DNA from: Negaprion brevirostris
Taxonomy: Eukaryota
NCBI GenBank assembly: GCA_030324005.1
Contig: JARDVH010000059.1
Span: forward strand, 112,316,082 to 112,380,081
DNA length: 64,000 bases
Direction of reading: 5' to 3'
The position numbers and the translations under genes are program-made. Below the pieces are notes generated by a model. That model saw only the letters and a list, made by a program, of their open reading frames with translations, ran no database searches and was not told where the DNA came from. Position 1 is the stretch's first letter, and the number at the start of each line of letters is the position of its first letter. Below, piece after piece: positions 1-12,590 of the stretch.

Positions 1-450
1 GTACATGGGACTTAGTAAGATAGAGGGTTATAGGTAAGCCTAGTAGGTAGGGATATGTTTGGCACAACTTGTGGGCCAAAGGGCCTGTTTGTGCTGTAGT
101 TTTTCTATGTTCTAATCCTATTTACTTGCATATTACCTGCATTTAACTACTTGCGATTCATGTACAAGGACATGTAGCTCCATCTGCATCTCCGATTTCT
201 ACAATCTGTCACCATTTAGATACTGCTTTTTATATTCTTCCTGCTAAAATAGACAATTTTGCATTTTTCCCACATTATACTCTATTTGCCAGATCTTTGC
301 TCACTAACCTAACTGATCCGTCTTCCTTTTTATCCTACCTTCCAATCCTCTGGGACCTTTCCAGAGTCTAGAGAATTTTGTAAGTTGTCAACCAATGTAT
401 CTTCCATCTGTACAGACATTTTTAAGATCCTAGGATGTAGGCCATCATTT
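1..450. mobile_element. CR1 LINE fragments (3' tail on +, degenerate ORF2 on -)
   Basis: 1-115 is a typical CR1 3' end (gggccaaagggcctgtttgtgctgta...ctatgttcta). The rest is decayed CR1 RT-like sequence in antisense. Confidence 0.6.
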
Positions 451-454
451 CCAG

Positions 455-762
455 AGGGTGATTAGCTTTACTGCCTCACAGTACTTGGGATCTGGCTTTG
501 TTCCCATCGTTGGGTTACTATGTATGTGCCGTATCAGCATGGGTTTCCTCCAGGTACTCCAGTTTCCCCTCACGGTGATTAAGATGTGCAGGTTCGGTGG
601 ATTGACTGTGCTAAGTTGTGCCCTCGTGTCTCGATGTGCAGTTTAGGGAGATTAGTGGGATAAGTGTATCAGGGTGGGATGGGCCTGGAAAGATGCCCTG
701 TCAAAGAGTTGGTGCAGACTCAATAGGCGTAATGTGCATTGTTGGGATTTTATGATTCTATA
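455..762 (+). mobile_element. HE1-like tRNA-derived SINE with CR1-type tail, degenerate
   Basis: Head ctgcctcacag, core gggtttcctccaggtactccagtttcc, tail gcagactcaataggcgtaatg...atgattcta. Confidence 0.75.
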
Positions 763-1891
763 TCTTGTCAGCTTTTAGTTCTGATAATTACACTGGTACT
801 TTATTTTTTCTAGTGTTTGTGATGTTTTAAACTCCTCCCTTTTACAAATTGATTTTCAAGTACTTCTCTGTCTTCTACGCTGAAGACAGAAAACATATTT
901 TTTTCATCACTCCTTGTTTCCCATTAGTAAGTCTTATCCCTTTAAGGGACCACTATGCACTTATGTCACCTCTATTTTTACTAAACTGAAGAGACTGTAG
1001 ACCTGATTTACTCAGTCTCATCATAGGAAACTTTGTCAATTCAGGGACCAGGCTAATGAACCTTTTTCTTTAATTCCTTGAGTACAAATCTATTAAGTAT
1101 GGAGACCAAAATGTAACACTCGTGTAATCTCACCAAAGCCCTGTACAAATGTAGCAAAACTTCTTTATTCTTGCACTCCAGTTGTCTTGCAATAATGGTC
1201 ACTATTTGCCTTCTAAATTATTTGCTGTACCAGCATACCAGTGTCCTGTTTTCCTTGTACAAAACTCACTCGCCCACCCTCCAAGACCCTCTAAACATCA
1301 ACATTTGACAAGTTTTTTGTGCTTTTGGGGAAGAAAAAAAATCTATTTCTCTATTTTTCTTCTACCAAAGTAAGTAGCTTCGTACCTCCTCACATTATAC
1401 TCCATCTGCCACTTGTTACCCATTCTCATAAGCTGTCTACTGTTCGTTACAGCCTTTTTGTGTTCTCCTCACAGCTTGTATTCCCACCAAACTGTATTAC
1501 TCTGACTTTTTGTCTAAGTCATCAGTGTAGATTGTAAATAGCTGAGGCCCCAGCATTGACCATTGCAGGGTTTGCTATTTAACTTCCATTAGTTACAGCC
1601 TTTAAACTTGAAAATGCCCTTTTATCCCTAATCCTTGCTACATGTTTGTTAACCAACCCCTGTCCATGCTAGTTTATTCCCGACAATTTCATGGGTCCTT
1701 ATTTTGCAGATGAACCTTTTGAGTGGCAGCTTATTAAATGTCTTTCAAAAATTCAACTACACAGTATGTCTTGGTCCCTCTTTATCTAGCTGGGTACATC
1801 TTCAAAAGAATCTAATAAATTTGCCTTCTGGCTTTATTTGATCATACTATGACTTTTTTAGTGCATTAAGATTTCCTTCATAATAGATTCT

Positions 1892-2182
1892 AAAGTTTAT
1901 TAGTCACAAATAGGTTTATGTTAACACTGCAATGAAGTTACTGTGAAAAACTCATCGTCGCCATGCCCCAGTGCCTGATGGGTTATGCTGAGGGAGAATT
2001 TAGCATGGCCAGTGCACCTAACCAGCACGTCTTTGGACTGTGGGAGGAAACCAGTGCACCCAGAGGAAACACGCAGACACTGGGAGAACATACAGACTCC
2101 ACACAGTCAGTGATCCAAGCCAGGAATTGAACCCAGGTCTCTGGTGCTGTGAGGCAGCAGTGCAAACCAGTCTGCGACCATG
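1892..2182 (-). mobile_element. HE1-like SINE, alternative tail (type B)
   Basis: Reverse complement of the HE1 head and core. Tail cacagtaacttcattgcagtgttaa...tgtgactaataaac. Confidence 0.85.
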
Positions 2183-2929
2183 ATTCTTGGATTTTCCCTA
2201 CAACTGATGTTAGGCTAGCTGGCCTGTTGTTTTTTCACACACTCCTTTCCTCAATAATGCTGTTAAATTTACAAACTTGGTATCTGGTGGAACCATTCTA
2301 GACTTTTGGAAAATCATAACCAACACATTCACTGTTGCTGCATTTATCTCTCTTTAGAACCTGAGGTATTGGCCATTAAGTGTTGGGAAGTATTGGATTT
2401 CTGCACTGTTTGCTTTGGTATTAATTGCTTTATTTTCCTCGCTCTTATTAGCACCTAGGTTACTCTCCATCTTTGATATTTAACTTGCATCTTCTACTGT
2501 GAAACTGAACCTCTTCTACGTTTCTGCAATTTCCTCATTCCTTATGATAATTTCTCCAGTCTCTGTCTCTGAAGGACCAACATTTCAGCTCCTTCTCCTT
2601 TTTGTGTACTTATAAAAGTTCTTAAAATCTGTTTTCAGATACCTGAGTGCTTTACCCTCATCATTTTTTTTCTCCTTTTATCAAGTTTTTGCTGGCCCAT
2701 TACTGTGCTTTAAAAGCCCTCCCAATCCTCAGACTTCGGACCATTCTTTCCAATGTTAAAAGCCTCTTCTCTGAATATAATCCTAGTCTTAATTTGCCTA
2801 GTATGCCACTGATGGATCATCTTTGAGTTTTTGGTTTGTCATGGAATATACTTGTGCTGAAAATTTTGATTTGCTCCCTTAAATGCTTCCTCTGTTTAGT
2901 TATTGCCATATTTTTCAAGTTTTTTTTTT

Positions 2930-3179
2930 AAAGTTTATTCATTAGTGTCACAAGTAGGCTTACATTAATACCACAATGTAGTTATGATGAGAATCCCCTA
3001 GCCCAGCACCTGTTCAGGTACACAGGGAGAATACAACAAATCAGCACGTCTTTCAGACTGTGGGAGAAAACCCACGGAGACACTGGGAGTGCAATCTCCA
3101 CACAGGAAGTGACCCAAGCCAGAATCGAATCTAGGTCCCTGGTGCTGTGAGGCAGCAGTGCTAGCCACTGTGCCGCCCC
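2930..3179 (-). mobile_element. HE1-like SINE, tail type B
   Basis: Reverse complement of head ggggcggcacagtggctagcactgctgcctcacagc. Tail cctacttgtgacactaat. Confidence 0.85.
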
Positions 3180-3755
3180 AGCTATTTACCTTGCTAATGT
3201 TAACCGACTATCCCTCATACCTATGTAATTGACTTTAATTTAAAATTTCTGTTTGTAATTGGATAATGCTTCTTTTAATCGTGCATAGAATTCAATTGTG
3301 TTATGATCACTTTTCCCTCAGTGACCTTTTACCATAAGATTGACCCTGCCTCATTGCACAATAATAGGTGTGAAGTATCTTTGTCCAAGTCAGTTCTACA
3401 ATGCATTGCTCTAAGCAATAGATGTTAATACTAAGTGGAGGTCATTTGAAAGGAATTTCCCTCTTTCCTGAGTAGTGGTGCCTGTGTCCCATGGAAACTG
3501 CTTTCCACACCACTCTTCAAGCCAAACACCCATGGCTTCCAGCTTCAAGAGGAGGTCATTGTGCCAAAAGTCTTTAGAAAATTGGTGAAATATATGGAAG
3601 AGCCTGAATGATGAGTCATCCTTTTTATCAAAGTAAATAGTTTTGATCTGGTCAGCCAATTGTTTTACTTCAAGGCAATATACTTTTATGTAAGACTGAT
3701 ATCTCATTCAAGATGGTCAGAAATAGTCTCCTTAATTATAATACTTGTCTTTCAG

Positions 3756-3848
3756 ATTTTTTCCAATAGAGAACTCGAAGAAACACTGAACAAAATAAGA
3801 GAAATATTGTCTGATGATAAGCATGACTGGGATCAACGAGCCAATGCT
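3756..3848 (+). CDS. CLASP2: CLASP2 exon, start of TOG2 (IFSNRELEETLNKIREILSDDKHDWDQRANA)
   Basis: Acceptor ttcag|, donor |gtaagt; 93 nt, phase 0-0. Near-identical to recalled human CLASP2 IYSSRELEETLNKIREILSDDKHDWDQRANA. Confidence 0.96.
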
Positions 3849-4754
3849 GTAAGTTGTCATTTTGTGTGTAGGATGGTTTTTGTGCTGACGTGCAGAAGTT
3901 TTGTTTTCCCTGCACACACTGTTGAAAGGGCAAGATGAAATTCTTGTTTGTGTTATACTTAGCTGAATCATCAGAGTGATTTTATTTTGCAGTACTATCC
4001 ATCTTGGTGGTCTTCAGGTTGCTTACAATTTGCCATTAATCAATCATATTTGCTTGTGAATTCAAACTCATCACGATGCAATTTTATCTAGTTTTTAAAA
4101 AAGGATTGATATCAGAACTGAGTCATGCAATGGGGTCTTTACACCTCTCTAGGGCAGGCTCTATTTTGAATCTAATTGAAAATGATACGATTCAAGTTTC
4201 ATGCTACTTTCCCTCAACAACTTATTCCTGTTTCCCTTTCCCTTGGAAAAAAAATGTTTGGTTTGATTGGAACCGGCTGAAAAGTTGACTTGGTGAATGT
4301 GTAGGTTCCCACTTCACCCAGTTTTCCACTGCTAATTTTGTTGCTGCTTTGTTGGGAGTATCATTCAACAAGTAATACTGTGCCTAAGGTGAACTGCTCA
4401 TTTATGAACGGACAAGCAATTGATAGGCTGTTTAGTTGTTATAGCTGTCACAGGTGCATGTGGTGAAAGCTTCACTTCATGTACGTTCATGAGTATTTTC
4501 CAATAGGTTTGCTGGATATCGATCAGAAATAGTAACTCATGTTACTTTTCATCCCCATCCTGACCCAGCAATTCAATATAGCACACCAAAGCACAATGGA
4601 ATTTATTATCTGCTAATTCAGCTAGACCAAGTATTAAATCTGATATCTTTCTGATCTGTTTAATCCAGTTACTTGCAGTTAAACGCACTGAACCATCAAG
4701 AGATTGAGTGCACAAACATTTCAAGACTTTTCCCTTTTCCCCTTTGTCTCCTAG

Positions 4755-4900
4755 CTGAAGAAGATTCGATCACTACTAATTGCTGGAGCTACAGAATATG
4801 ACTGTTTTTTTCAGCATTTAAGATTATTGGAAGGAGCTTTCAAATTATCGGCTAAAGATCTCCGCTCGCAGGTTGTCAGGGAAGCTTGCATTACAGTAGC
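4755..4900 (+). CDS. CLASP2: CLASP2 exon (LKKIRSLLIAGATEYDCFFQHLRLLEGAFKLSAKDLRSQVVREACITVA)
   Basis: Acceptor cctag|, donor |gtaagt; 146 nt, phase 0-2. Contains the conserved TOG2 motif KDLRSQVVREAC. Confidence 0.96.
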
Positions 4901-4944
4901 GTAAGTATTGTTGGAAGTACACTTTCACTGGTCTAATCTCTCAA

Positions 4945-7900
4945 TCATATTTGGCCCATCGTGTCTGCGCTAGCTCTCTGAATGAGNNNNNNNNNNNNNN
5001 NNNNNNNNNNNNNNNNNNNNNNNNNNNNNNNNNNNNNNNNNNNNNNNNNNNNNNNNNNNNNNNNNNNNNNNNNNNNNNNNNNNNNNGTCTGCGCTAGCTC
5101 TCTGAATGAGCAACTCACCTAATACTTTCCTCTACCACCTTCCTGGAACTCTGCAAATCATCTTCTTTTTCTGAAAACAGATTCTTTCCCTTCTGATTGC
5201 TTCCATTGAACCTGCCTCCACCACCCTCAGGCAGTACATTCCAAACCCTAAACACACTACAGTTCTTAAATAAAATCTATCTCCTGTCAATTTTTTGCTT
5301 TTTGTGTGTTTCTTTATATCTGTGCCCCTTTGTTTTTGATTCTTTCACAGGTGGTGACTGTTTTCCTTACCTACTCTGTCCAGACCCTCATGATTTTGAG
5401 TACCTCAATCAAATCTCCTCTCTACCTTCGTTTCTCCAAGGAAACAGTCCTAACTTCTTTGTGGCTGAAATTCCTCAGTCCTGGAACCATTCTCACAAAT
5501 CTTTTCTGTACCCTCTTCAATTCCATCATATTACTTCAGAACTGGACATAGTACCCCAGCTCATAACCACCTTTCTCTTGTGCCTTATGCCCTTTTTAAT
5601 AAAACATGCAATTTCCTGAGCTTTATTAATTCTCGATCTGTCCTGCCACCTTCAATAGGTTATGCACATAAACACCAAGATCCCCTGCTCCTCCATCCGC
5701 TTTAGAGTTGCATTGTTTGTTTAGTATTTCTTCTCTATGTTCTTCCTCCCAAAGTGAATCACCTCCCACTTCTTTACATTGAACTTCATTTGCCACCCGT
5801 CTGCCCATTCTACCAACTTGTCTATGTTCCTTTGGAGCTCTGCACTATCTTTAACAAAGAACAACCCAGCACGGGAAACAGGCCCTTCGGCCCAACGAGC
5901 CCGCGCCGCCGCATCCTCCTACACTGTTCACAATGCTTCCCAGTTTTGTATCATCCACCAGCTTAAACTGTGCCCTGTACACCAAAACCAAGGTCATTGA
6001 TATCAGGAAAAGCAATGGTCCCAATTCCCCAGGGGAACACTGCTACAAACCTTCCTCCTGCAGGCAAAACATCCAAAACTCACTATCCTCTGTTTCTGTT
6101 ACTCAGCCAATTCTGTATCCGTGTTTCCTCTAAGTCTGTTGTGTGGCTCATTATCAAATGCCTTGAAGTCTAGGTACACCAGATCAACAGCATTCCTTGA
6201 TCAACTCGCTCTGTTGCCTCCTTCAAAAACTTCAACAAGTCAGTCAAATATGATTTTCCCTTCAAAGAAATACATGCTGGTTTTCCTTAACTTACCCACA
6301 GTTATCCATGTAACTATTAATTTTGTCAGAAGTTTGACCTGTGGTTGCTGGACTTAGTTACACCCTTATTTTTGAATAAGCGTGCAGCATTTGTAATTCT
6401 ACAGTTGTCTGGGACTACCCCTGGGTCTAAGGAATTCTGGAAAATTATGGCCAGTGCCTCTGCAATTTTCATGCTCACTTACTCCATATCCTTGGATGCA
6501 TCTCATCTAATCCAATCCTTGCCATAATCAGCTTTAAATACAAATAACCTGTCTCTAACAGCTTATTTTCAATTTTAAACCCATCTTATGTCTGAATTAC
6601 CTGATATTTTACCATGGCCTGGGTAGCATTACCTTCTTTGGGTAAAGATAGATGCAAAGTACATTTAGTAACTTGGCTATGCCCACCAACTCCATGTATA
6701 TATCTCGTTTTTGGTCCTGAGAAGGCATCCATATGTTTTTCAGATGCTATAGATTTACCTTTTCAACTTTCTTCTCTCAACCTTTCGTAATCAGTTTGAT
6801 TTTCAAGTCTTTTCTACCTGTCACCATGTCATATATATACTTTTAAATTTTTATCTTAATTTTTCTCATCTTTGTCATCCAGGGAGTTCTGGATTTGTTT
6901 TCCCTAGCCTTTCCTTTCAAGGGATTACACTTAAACTGTAAACTCATCTGTTCTTCGAAGGTAGCCACTGATCAGCAACTGTTTTTCCTGACAACCTTTA
7001 ACCGCTAATTTGTTTGGCCCATTGAAGTTGGCTTTCTCCTGGTTAATTTTGCTGACTCTGGACTTTTTTTTTGTCCTTTATCATAGTCAGCCTAACACAA
7101 TGATGGTTTCCTTACTGACACTTGATTTACATGACGTACTTTATTTCCAAGAATCAGATTTAGCTTGCTTCTTTCCTCATTGGATTGGAAATATACCGCT
7201 GAAGAAAATTTTCTGCCCTTTACACTGCTGTCCCAATCTATATTTGGTCACTCATTTGCTATTCTACATCTTTCCTCCTGGTTCGTGGCCTATAGGTTAC
7301 ACCGAGCAATGCAATTGTACCTATTTTTGTATTTGAGTTCTAGAATAATAGATTCTGTCCCTGATCCCTCTGGGACACCCTTTTTCTTCATTGCTGTCTT
7401 TTATCAATACCACCATCCTTCTTTCCTGAACACCTTGCATCCAGGGATGTTTAACCCAGTCCTTTGAGCCAGGTTTCTGTTATAGTCGTGCACTATTTCG
7501 AGTCTTAGTTTTTTTTATTCATTCACGGGATGTGGACTGGGCCATTATTTATTCTAATTGCCCTTGAATTTCAGAGAGCATTTGTCAGCCACATTGCAGT
7601 GGATCTGGAGTCACATGGAGGCCAGACCAGATAAGAATGGCAGATTTCCTTCTCTGAAGGGCATTAACCAAAAATGAACCAAGATGTGTTTTTACAATAA
7701 TTAGCAATGGTCTCGTGATCATCGTTAGGCTTTTAATTCCTTATTGTTATTGAATTCAGATTTCACCATCTGCCACGGTGGAATTCAAACCCAGGTCCCC
7801 AGAGCTTTATGCTGGATCACTAGTCTAGTGACAATACCACTACACCATCACCTCCTTCCAAATACTACTACAGCACCACCTCCCTTCAGTTATTCTCTAT

Positions 7901-8300
7901 TTGAGCAGTATCTTTCTTTGTATGCCCTCTGTTAGTTCTCTGTAATATTAATGTTCTGGTTCCCACACCCCTGCTGTGTTAATTTAAACTCTCCTCAGCA
8001 GAACTAGCAAATGACCCCACATGGAACTCTCTCCCAGCTCTGTTCAGATGCAAACCGCCTGGCCTGTACAAGTACCATCTCTGCCAGGGTCAGTCCCAAT
8101 GTTACAAGAACATGAAGCCCTCCCTCCTGCACCATTTATCTGCCTTGTACTTCAGTTTTCTGGGCTCACTTGTGCATGGCACTGTGGTAACTGGAGGTGA
8201 CTACTTTTGAGGTCCTGTTTGCTGATTTTCTACCTATTTTCCTAAAGTTCAGACTGCAGGACCGCATTCCTCTTTCTTTGGCACTCATCTGGACCACAGC
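4945..8300 (-). mobile_element. Old fragmented CR1 LINE (3' end, RT, ORF1 remnants) with nested SINE
   Basis: Antisense CR1-like segments, e.g. ORF 5626..5808 DLGVYVHNLLKVAGQ. Many stops. Confidence 0.65.
7510..7857 (-). mobile_element. SacSINE1-like Deu-SINE
   Basis: Reverse complement shows tRNA-like head (gtggtattgtcactagactag...gggtttgaattccacc), gaaggaaatctgcc core and L2-type tail atcccgtgaatgaataaaa. Confidence 0.8.
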
Positions 8301-9040
8301 NNNNNNNNNNNNNNNNNNNNNNNNNNNNNNNNNNNNNNNNNNNNNNNNNNNNNNNNNNNNNNNNNNNNNNNNNNNNNNNNNNNNNNNNNNNNNNNNNNNN
8401 NNNNNNNNNNNNNNNNNNNNNNNNNNNNNNNNNNNNNNNNTCTCCAGCTCAGGCTTTTAGTGCCACATAAATAATCTAAAAGTCTGAATGTGTAAGAACA
8501 GATCTAACTAATGGCAAATTACTGCTGGCTTCTCCCTGCAGCAAGATCTGGGTCAATATTTCCTCTGGAATGGCTGTGGAATAATATTCAGCTGAAAGTA
8601 CATTTGAAGGAGATAATCTCCTCTCCCACCAGAGGTAAATATCTCTCTCTGTTCTGCAGTCGAGTTTTTAAATCGCTGACTTTATTTCTGGGGTAATGAG
8701 AAGTTCTTTCAGCAGGATTCTGTTTAATTCACCTCCTCAGTAAAAGCGAGTTACTTTTCCCCAAACAGAGAACAAAACTGTGCGAGATGTAGTTAGAAAA
8801 AGAATGACCTGACTGGGCGCTCAGAGTGTGAATTGTTTTGTCAGTAACACTGGGAAACCTGCTCCAGATCCAACTTCCGACTTTCTCGCTCAATTCCACC
8901 TTCTTATCACGGAATCCTACAGTGCAGAAGAGGCCCTTCAGCCCATCGAACCTGCATGAATTGCCCTGACCTGCCCACCTAATCCCACTTGCCAGCGCTT
9001 GGCCCAGTGCCTGAATGTCATGACGTGCCAATTTATTAAG

Positions 9041-9202
9041 GTGTGTTAGCTTTTATTGGTAGAGGGATTGATTTTCGGAGCCGTGAGGTCATGTTACAGT
9101 TGTACAAAACTCTGGTGCGGCCGCGCTTGGAGTATTGCGTACAGTTCTGGTCGCCGCATTATAAGAAAGATGTGGAGGCATTGGAAAGGGTGCAGAGGAG
9201 GT
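9041..9202 (+). mobile_element. Young CR1 ORF2 C-terminal fragment, runs into gap
   Basis: LAFIGRGIDFRSREVMLQLYKTLVRPRLEYCVQFWSPHYKKDVEALERVQRR; CpG-rich. Confidence 0.92.
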
Positions 9203-10559
9203 NNNNNNNNNNNNNNNNNNNNNNNNNNNNNNNNNNNNNNNNNNNNNNNNNNNNNNNNNNNNNNNNNNNNNNNNNNNNNNNNNNNNNNNNNNNNNNNNNN
9301 NNCTCTCTCTCTCTGTATCTCTCCCCCCCCCCCTCCCCCCTCCCCCTGAGGTGCTCTGCATCAGCTCAGCGACATCTTTGATCTTGACACCAGGGTGGCA
9401 ACATGCCATCCCAGACTTTGGCCAATAGTATTGAAACACCAATCTATTTCCCCAACTATTGAATATAATTTAAAATATTGTTGAATTATTGGAGTAAGGA
9501 TGTGATTCTACTCTGGGATTATACTTTGTGCGAAATTATTTCAAAAACGCGCTCATTCTTAAGAATCTCCAAGTAAAATTGCAAATGTTTACATGAAGAA
9601 ACCACAATAATTCCTGTGGCAATTACAACCTGGATGGAAGCGATTGTCTATGTGTTTGGGAAGAAGGTCAAAATAATGGCCAGGCTAATGGCTTAATTTC
9701 CACTAAGTCACCACAGAGTAAAGCCTAATCATTGCAATCAGAGGCGTGCTTTCAACGATGTGTGAATGACTGTCAATCTAGCTAGTGTCAAAAAATAAAT
9801 ATTACAAATATGAACTCTCAATCTTCAGGTTTTGAATTCTGGTGGGAGATTTTAAAATTGTCAGTACCAGATTTTTGTGTCTTCCTTTTTAATTAATCAT
9901 TCTTAAATACTGTTTCTGTTTCTTTACCTGATTCGACTCTTTTCTCTCCTTCCTGTTTATTTCCCAGTCCTGAAATCTAATTGGTTAATGAGATGCCCTG
10001 TTGGTTGCTTTGTTCACTTGGGGGTCTATGCCTTTTATATGTCGCTTCATCATGATCTGATTACATGTTCAGCAGCTCTGTGGGCAATTTGTTTTGAGCT
10101 GAAGGATGAAAGAGCAAACCTAACTAATATTACATGCTGTTATATGTCCTGTTAATGCAAAATCTGTCTAATGTAAAGATGTGATTTTTAAGAAGGATTA
10201 TATTTACAGAATTTTATGTGCAATTGGCTACTTGGATGTTAAAATACTTCTACGGTTAGAAAGATAAGTTGTGGAATGTAGAAAATAGGTGTGCCATAGA
10301 TGATTCCTTCAGTTATTGCAAAAATAACTGAGAGTTGTATTATATATTGATTGCATGGAGGTACAAGACCTGATGAGCAATATAAGAGAGACGAACATAA
10401 TTCAACTTCCAGACCAGTTAAGCAGTTGAGTTAAGGATTGCCAAATAGATGTTAGTGTAGATAAATCTAAAATTTTGGGCCGGCAGCCAATCATGGGATT
10501 TGTTGGATCCCATTAATCGAACTATCTACAAATGCGCAATGTTATCAGTTGAATGGTGG

Positions 10560-10680
10560 AGATGGGTGTGGGCCAAACACGGACAATTGGGACTAGCTTA
10601 GTGATTAGTAATAAAAAAGGGCACTATGGACAAGTTGGGCAGATGGGCCTGTTTCCATGCTGTAAACCACTATGACTGTG
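10560..10680 (+). mobile_element. CR1 3' terminal fragment
   Basis: Same subfamily tail as 15660-16196 and 44500-44625. Confidence 0.75.
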
Positions 10681-11066
10681 ACTCTGACTCTCTGGGTGAA
10701 TATGTTTGGGTTTTGTTCAATTAACTTGGAAATCATGGCACTTTTTAGTAGAACCCTTTGCTTGAGAATTTAGTCGATTACTTAAAGTTCATAATGTTTA
10801 ATGCTGAATTTTATTTTAAAAATATTGCCAAAGTAGTATTTTTGAAAATTAAATTTAAATAATTTATTGACGAACATGTTTACTTCAAGGAATTGGCACT
10901 GTCATTTCATTGGATGAATGAAGTGCATGTTACTTAAGTCTAATAGGGAATCACAAATGAGATGAGATTTAAAATTATAAAGATTGTGGCTTTAATTTTA
11001 ATTTTCCAAGAAGGGAATTTTTTTAGGATAAATATTCAGTTGTGTAGGACTGTCAGAAATTAGGTT

Positions 11067-11286
11067 AACAACACCAAGTTTTAGTCCAACCGATTTATTT
11101 GATAATAAACCCACAAGCTTNNNNNNNNNNNNNNNNNNNNNNNNNNNNNNNNNNNNNNNNNNNNNNNNNNNNNNNNNNNNNNNNNNNNNNNNNNNNNNNN
11201 NNNNNNNNNNNNNNNNNNNNGACTAAAACCTGGTGTTGTCAGACTTTTTACTGTGTTTACCCCAGTCCAACGCCGGCACATCCACA
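11067..11286. mobile_element. Penelope-derived fold-back insertion with 14-bp TSD
   Basis: Inverted copies of acaacacca...agtcc flank a 100-N gap. tcagaaattaggtt is duplicated at 11053-11066 and 11287-11300. Confidence 0.8.
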
Positions 11287-11420
11287 TCAGAAATTAGGTT
11301 GCCTTCGTACGTTCAAACTATTAGTACAATCATTATTGTGCTGCTACAGCTAAATCTAACAGGAGAATATCTTTGTCTTTTTGATGGTCAAAGTCCATTT
11401 GTTGGAATTTTGTTACACAG

Positions 11421-11556
11421 GCACCTGTCAACACATCTAGGCAACAAGTTTGACCATAGTGCTGAAGCCATTGTGCCTACATTATTTAACCTCGTCCCAA
11501 ACTGTGCAAAAGTGATGGCGACATCTGGAGTAGCAGCAATTAGATGCATCATCCGT
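11421..11556 (+). CDS. CLASP2: CLASP2 exon (HLSTHLGNKFDHSAEAIVPTLFNLVPNCAKVMATSGVAAIRCIIR)
   Basis: Acceptor cacag|, donor |gtgagt; 136 nt, phase 2-0. Continues the frame of the previous exon. Confidence 0.96.
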
Positions 11557-12323
11557 GTGAGTATACTGTGTTATATTTATTCTCTTTGAATGTGTCGTGG
11601 TGATTAGTCAGTCTTTTTTTATTTGTTCACCCTCCACAGTCAAGGAGGAATTACTGATGTCCTTTACACTGTGAGCAATGCTGACCAAAAGAAGTCTTAA
11701 CTTCCACGTTGTGGCTTCACTTATCTGCAAGAAGTATTTTAGATTCAGTTTTGGAAGAATTCACCATTAGTACGATGAATTGGCCCTTATTCTCAGGGAT
11801 TTCACCAAGCACATATTGGTATGAACAGATTTTCTCTGGGTAACAGGTTACACGCCTGGATGACATGAAAGTGCCTGCTGCAGAGCCAGCATTTGATCAG
11901 TTGGAAATGCTGCTGAAATGTGTGGAATCTATGTTCAATTGAGAAAAGTTCCAATTGTGCCCAATCCAAGATTTTCATAAAATAAGTAGTAGCATTATTG
12001 ACAGGTCTTGTCGCCTTAGAACATAAGGTATAGGATCAGGTGTAGGCCATAAAACCCTTTAAAACTCAATGATTGTACCTGATCTTTTACCTCAGCTGCA
12101 GTTTCCCCTCATATTATCATGTCCCTTGATTCCCTTCTTGTCCAAAATCTATTGATCTCAATCTTGAATATGCTCAGCAGTGTTCTGTGTAGGGAATTTC
12201 AAAGATTCACAAACTTCTGACTGAAGGAATATACCCTTGTTTCAGTCCAAATGGCCAATTTATTACTCTTAGACTATGATTCCCCCAGTTCTGGATTCTT
12301 CAGCTTCAGCCCTGTCAAGACCT

Positions 12324-12590
12324 TGGGGCGGCATGGTAGCACGGTGGTTAGCACTGCTGCTTCACAGCGCCAGGGACCCAGGTGTGACTCCCAGCATAGG
12401 TCACTGTCTGTGTGGAGTTTGCACCTTCTCCCTGTGTATGTATGGGTTTCCTCCCACATTCAGAAAGACGTGCTGGTTAGGTGCATTGACCCGAAGAGGC
12501 ACCTGACTATTGGCAACTAGGGGAATTTCACAGTAACTTCATTGCAGTGTTAATATAAGTCTTACTTGGAACTAAAAGTTTACTTTTACT
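12324..12590 (+). mobile_element. HE1-like SINE, tail type B
   Basis: ggggcggcatggtagcacggtggttagcactgctgcttcacagcgccagggaccc ... cacagtaacttcattgcagtgttaat. Confidence 0.88.

Noticed and set aside
12324-12420. tRNA gene
   Set aside because: The tRNA-like A/B-box head continues into a SINE core and tail and recurs in many copies. It is a SINE, not a tRNA.
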